Source of the DNA: Candidatus Saccharibacteria bacterium RIFCSPHIGHO2_12_FULL_49_19
GTDB lineage: Bacteria; Patescibacteriota; Saccharimonadia; Saccharimonadales; UBA10212
Length of the DNA stretch: 44,126 bases
Assembly (NCBI GenBank): GCA_001788565.1
Contig: MGCX01000043.1
Span: forward strand, 1-44,126
Direction: 5' to 3'
The position numbers and the translations under genes were made by a program. Under the pieces are notes generated by a model, which saw nothing but the letters and a program-made list of their open reading frames with translations, did not search any database and was not told the DNA's origin. Shown piece after piece: positions 41,363 to 44,126 of the stretch. Numbering within the stretch: position 1 is the first letter of the stretch; every line of letters begins with the position of its first letter.

Positions 41363-42205
41363 ATGAAAAATAAAAAGCTAACGCTTAGTTTAGTTATACC
41401 AGTATTTAACGAAGAAGGCTACCTTGACGCTTGTCTGGGGGCGATAGCCGGTCAAACGGTTCAGCCGGATGAAGTAATCGTAGTTGATAACAGATCTACA
41501 GATAAAACTATTGCTGTCGCCAAACGCTACCGCTTCGTAAAAATCATTAGCGAGAACCGTCAAGGAGTTATATTTGCTCGAAACCGGGGATTTAACGTGG
41601 CCAAGGGGCAAATCATCGGGCGCATTGACGCCGATACCGTCTTGCCGCCCCGGTGGGTCGAGCACATTAAACAACTATTCGCTAACTGTCAGGTTTCTGC
41701 GGCCACCGGCCCGGTCAGCTATTACGATATGCCCCTGCCAGCAATCAACCATTATCCGGATCATCTAATGCGTAGCTCTATTTATAATTGGTCGCCTAAG
41801 AGTCCGTTCCTTTTTGGTTCTAATATGGCGATTAGGAAAAGGTCCTGGAATGCCCTGCGGACTGAGTTATGTCGTCATCAAGATATTCACGAGGACCTGG
41901 ACTTAGCAGTTCATCTCTATCAGGCTGGCCAAAAGATTCTCTATGACAAGGCGCTGCTTGCTGGCGCATCCGGGCGACGCTATAACGATCGTCTAGCTCA
42001 ATTTTACGGCTATATGTCGATGTACCGACGTACCTACTTGAGTCACGACCTTCACAGCTTAGCCGGCTATGCCGCGGTCACTGTTTACTGGGCCGGCTAT
42101 CTGGTTGTTCACCCCATTAGATATTTATGGTTAAGATCCGCGGGAGCAGTTATGCCGCTTGAACCGCTAAGTCGGCAAGCCCGCAAAAATCCCATGAAGA
42201 GTTAG
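41363..42205 (+). CDS. family 2 glycosyltransferase
   Basis: SLVIPVFNEE, VIVVDNRSTDKT and RIDADT. Confidence 0.8.
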   Translation: MKNKKLTLSLVIPVFNEEGYLDACLGAIAGQTVQPDEVIVVDNRSTDKTIAVAKRYRFVKIISENRQGVIFARNRGFNVAKGQIIGRIDADTVLPPRWVEHIKQLFANCQVSAATGPVSYYDMPLPAINHYPDHLMRSSIYNWSPKSPFLFGSNMAIRKRSWNALRTELCRHQDIHEDLDLAVHLYQAGQKILYDKALLAGASGRRYNDRLAQFYGYMSMYRRTYLSHDLHSLAGYAAVTVYWAGYLVVHPIRYLWLRSAGAVMPLEPLSRQARKNPMKS

Positions 42206-42795
42206 TTAGCAGAGTTGGTTTGTCGGATACCATTGGGCAAGGTTGTCACCTGACAGGCTGACCATAACCCTTTACCGCCCTGCTTGGCGGTCTCTTCCAG
42301 CGCCTTGAACTCTATAGCTTTGACCATTGGAAAAGAAGTATATGCGAAACCATAACCTTCGGCTATCAGCTTTGACTCGACTAAGGTGCCATCGGGGAGG
42401 TAGATGTAGCGCAGCAGGCGCTCATATCGGTCGCGGTTGGTATTAAGCGGGTCCGCTTCCAGGCGTACGGAATGATCGCCAATTAGCCGCTTAGTGTAGT
42501 CAGCGGCGGCCACGCCGTAACATTGAACCGGCGTGTCAGGACGATGGGTTTCCGGCGTATCAACGCCTATCATGCGGATGATTTCCGTACGTCCGTCCAT
42601 ATTTACCGATATGGTGTCGCCGTCAATGAACTCCTCAACTTTATAAAACCCCGGAGATATGCCGTTTGTCAGCTGGGGGCTGAACTCTAACCCATCACTG
42701 CGCGCATAAATCACCACGGCAATAGTCACCAGCAAAATTATCAGTAGGCCCAGACGTACATCACCTCTTCGCAAAAAACGTCTCATGGTCGGCAT
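42202..42795 (-). CDS. thermonuclease (staphylococcal nuclease fold), membrane-anchored or secreted
   Basis: N-terminal TM, GDTISV, IGVDTPET, RYERLLRYIYL and EGYGFAY. Confidence 0.85.
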   Translation of the reverse strand: MPTMRRFLRRGDVRLGLLIILLVTIAVVIYARSDGLEFSPQLTNGISPGFYKVEEFIDGDTISVNMDGRTEIIRMIGVDTPETHRPDTPVQCYGVAAADYTKRLIGDHSVRLEADPLNTNRDRYERLLRYIYLPDGTLVESKLIAEGYGFAYTSFPMVKAIEFKALEETAKQGGKGLWSACQVTTLPNGIRQTNSAN

Positions 42796-42833
42796 TGTAG
42801 CAAAAGAAGAGTTGTCGAGGTAATCTAGGGAGT

Positions 42834-43589
42834 ATGAAATCGGTCCTGCCGGTCGTTTCTGTAGTCATCCCGGCTTACAACGAGGCTACCTACATCGATC
42901 GTCTGCTGGAGGATCTGACCAAACAGAGCTTTGCCAATTTTGAAGTTATTGTTTCTGACGCTGATTCCAGGGATGGCACCGATAAAGTCGTAAAAAGCTT
43001 TAAGGGCAAGCTGGATATCAAGATGGTCGTCTCGCCGCCCAAGGGTCCGGGGGCTGGCCGCAATCTCGGGGCGAAATCAGCCCGTGGAGGGTGGCTGCTG
43101 TTCCTAGATGCCGATGTCGATATTGATGACCCGAACTTTATTGGAACGCTGCTCGCGAGAGCGAAAAACAGCGGCTGGGGAACAGCTTCCGCGAAAATGA
43201 GAATGAACAAAGCGCCTATCTACAACCGGCTGGGTCTGAGCATGTTTTACAACTACCAAAAACTTCTATCACACACCAAGCATCCAGTAGCCCAAGGGTA
43301 TTGCATACTTACTCGGAGAGATATCTTCAGGGCAAATAACGGTTTCAACGAAAAGATCTTTTACGGTGAAGATAATGACTATGTATCAAGAACCGGGAAT
43401 CACGGCTTTGGCTTTGTCGAGCAAACTTATTATTATGTGGACCCGCGGCGCAACCAGCAGGAAGGAGCCATATGGTTCTCAATTAAAAATTTACTTCACG
43501 AGATGTACCGGATAACCCATCTGTCGGGTCTTGAGAGTCAGCCGTTTAAGTACGAGTTCGGTAAACACCAGCCTCGCAAAAAGAAATGA
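42834..43589 (+). CDS. family 2 glycosyltransferase (polyprenol-phosphate glycosyltransferase-like)
   Basis: VSVVIPAYNE, VIVSDADSRDGT and LFLDADV. ATGA overlap with the downstream gtrA-like gene. Confidence 0.85.
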   Translation: MKSVLPVVSVVIPAYNEATYIDRLLEDLTKQSFANFEVIVSDADSRDGTDKVVKSFKGKLDIKMVVSPPKGPGAGRNLGAKSARGGWLLFLDADVDIDDPNFIGTLLARAKNSGWGTASAKMRMNKAPIYNRLGLSMFYNYQKLLSHTKHPVAQGYCILTRRDIFRANNGFNEKIFYGEDNDYVSRTGNHGFGFVEQTYYYVDPRRNQQEGAIWFSIKNLLHEMYRITHLSGLESQPFKYEFGKHQPRKKK

Positions 43590-43993
43590 CCAGACGCCAG
43601 CTCATCAAGCAATTCATCAAGTATATGATTGGCGGCGGCGTCTATTTTTGGAGCGGCTACGCCGTTTTTGCCCTTTGCTACAGTGGGCTATCGTGGGACT
43701 GGTTCCCGGCTAAAGTCGCTGCCGACGTGGTGGGCTGGACGCTGGGCTTCTTCGTCCAGCGGTATTGGGCTTTCCACCACCCGTCACTGGCCGGCAAAAC
43801 CGTCAAAATCACTGGTAAATACATCCTGGTAAATGCCACCAATTTCATAATCGACTACCTGATAGTTTGGGGGCTAAACAGTGCTGGTGTCACACCATAC
43901 ATTGGCTTGTTTGTAGCCGCCGGCTTCTTCACGGTTTGGAACTACGTGTGGTACCGCTTCTGGGTTTTCAGCCCGATCAACCCCAAAGGCTAG
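43586..43993 (+). CDS. GtrA-family membrane protein
   Basis: 135 aa with four TM helices and a FIKYMIGGG N-terminus. Translationally coupled to the GT2 gene. Confidence 0.8.
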   Translation: MTRRQLIKQFIKYMIGGGVYFWSGYAVFALCYSGLSWDWFPAKVAADVVGWTLGFFVQRYWAFHHPSLAGKTVKITGKYILVNATNFIIDYLIVWGLNSAGVTPYIGLFVAAGFFTVWNYVWYRFWVFSPINPKG

Positions 43994-44126
43994 AAATCAA
44001 TGCCTTTGTTGGCTAGATATCTTTGATCGAAATGATGGCGCAGCTTCGTCATACTAGTGGCTATATCTGCGCTAGACAGAAGATCTTGGGGGAAGTTTCG
44101 CCCAGTCAGGCACAAGCTGGTTTTAG
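43990..44126 (-). CDS. cob(I)yrinic acid a,c-diamide adenosyltransferase (CobO/BtuR family), C-terminal fragment cut by the window edge
   Basis: The minus-strand frame ends ...LTGRNFPQDLLSSADIATSMTKLRHHFDQRYLANKGIDF-stop. This matches the TGR...AD...KH.FD.G..A..GI(D/E)(F/Y) C-terminus of BtuR/CobO. Confidence 0.55.
   Translation of the reverse strand, partial: KTSLCLTGRNFPQDLLSSADIATSMTKLRHHFDQRYLANKGIDF

Noticed and set aside
1-44126. CRISPR arrays, IS elements or transposases, integrases, prophage genes, toxin-antitoxin pairs and rRNA operons.
   Set aside because: No regularly spaced direct repeats were seen, no DDE/serine/tyrosine recombinase motifs appear in any ORF, and no rRNA-like sequence is present. 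The only mobile-element signature is the tRNA-Leu 3'-half duplication, reported separately.

Overview
This is a 44.1-kb, densely coding chromosomal segment that uses the standard genetic code (TGA is used as a stop). GC is roughly 50% by eye. I support about 46 CDS, two tRNAs (Glu-CUC and Leu-CAA) and a partial tRNA-Leu copy. There are no rRNA genes, CRISPR arrays, transposases or integrases.

The gene content suggests a small-genome Patescibacteria/CPR organism, possibly Saccharibacteria-like; this is inference only. The supporting features are:
- a stripped-down dcw cluster (mraZ-rsmH-ftsL-ftsI-mraY-ftsW-murG-ftsQ)
- a dprA-topA pair
- a soluble VirD4/TraD-like ATPase
- a sigma-region-4/HARE-HTH protein
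- a DUF3048 protein, a PEGA protein and a sortase
- a GT2/GtrA glycan cluster
- many 1-4 nt gene overlaps

The most interesting observations are:
1. A three-gene module at 33.8-36.8 kb encodes a full-length DHCR24/DWF1-like FAD reductase, a squalene/phytoene-synthase-like protein and a lycopene-cyclase-domain membrane protein. Its first gene is bracketed by tRNA-Leu and a 41-nt imperfect copy of the tRNA 3' half, which is an island-like signature.
2. An ORF-poor 700-nt gap between dprA and pth carries a near-consensus promoter, long helices with strand-specific G-U pairs and a terminator-like hairpin on the strand opposite its neighbours. This is a candidate ~470-nt ncRNA that I could not assign to RNase P, tmRNA, SRP or 6S.
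3. Two further unexplained non-coding tracts are present. One is a 436-nt ATG-free, G-poor spacer inside the dcw operon. The other is a 611-nt convergent gap containing a dif-like 11-6-11 site.
4. Several recurrent sequence signals appear: a GTGGGT operator array at the mraZ promoter, perfect DnaA-box 9-mers restricted to intergenic DNA, a GGGTT/AACCCT palindromic element in two copies, and -10 boxes directly abutting start codons (leaderless mRNAs).

All functional calls come from motif recognition by eye. No database search was run.
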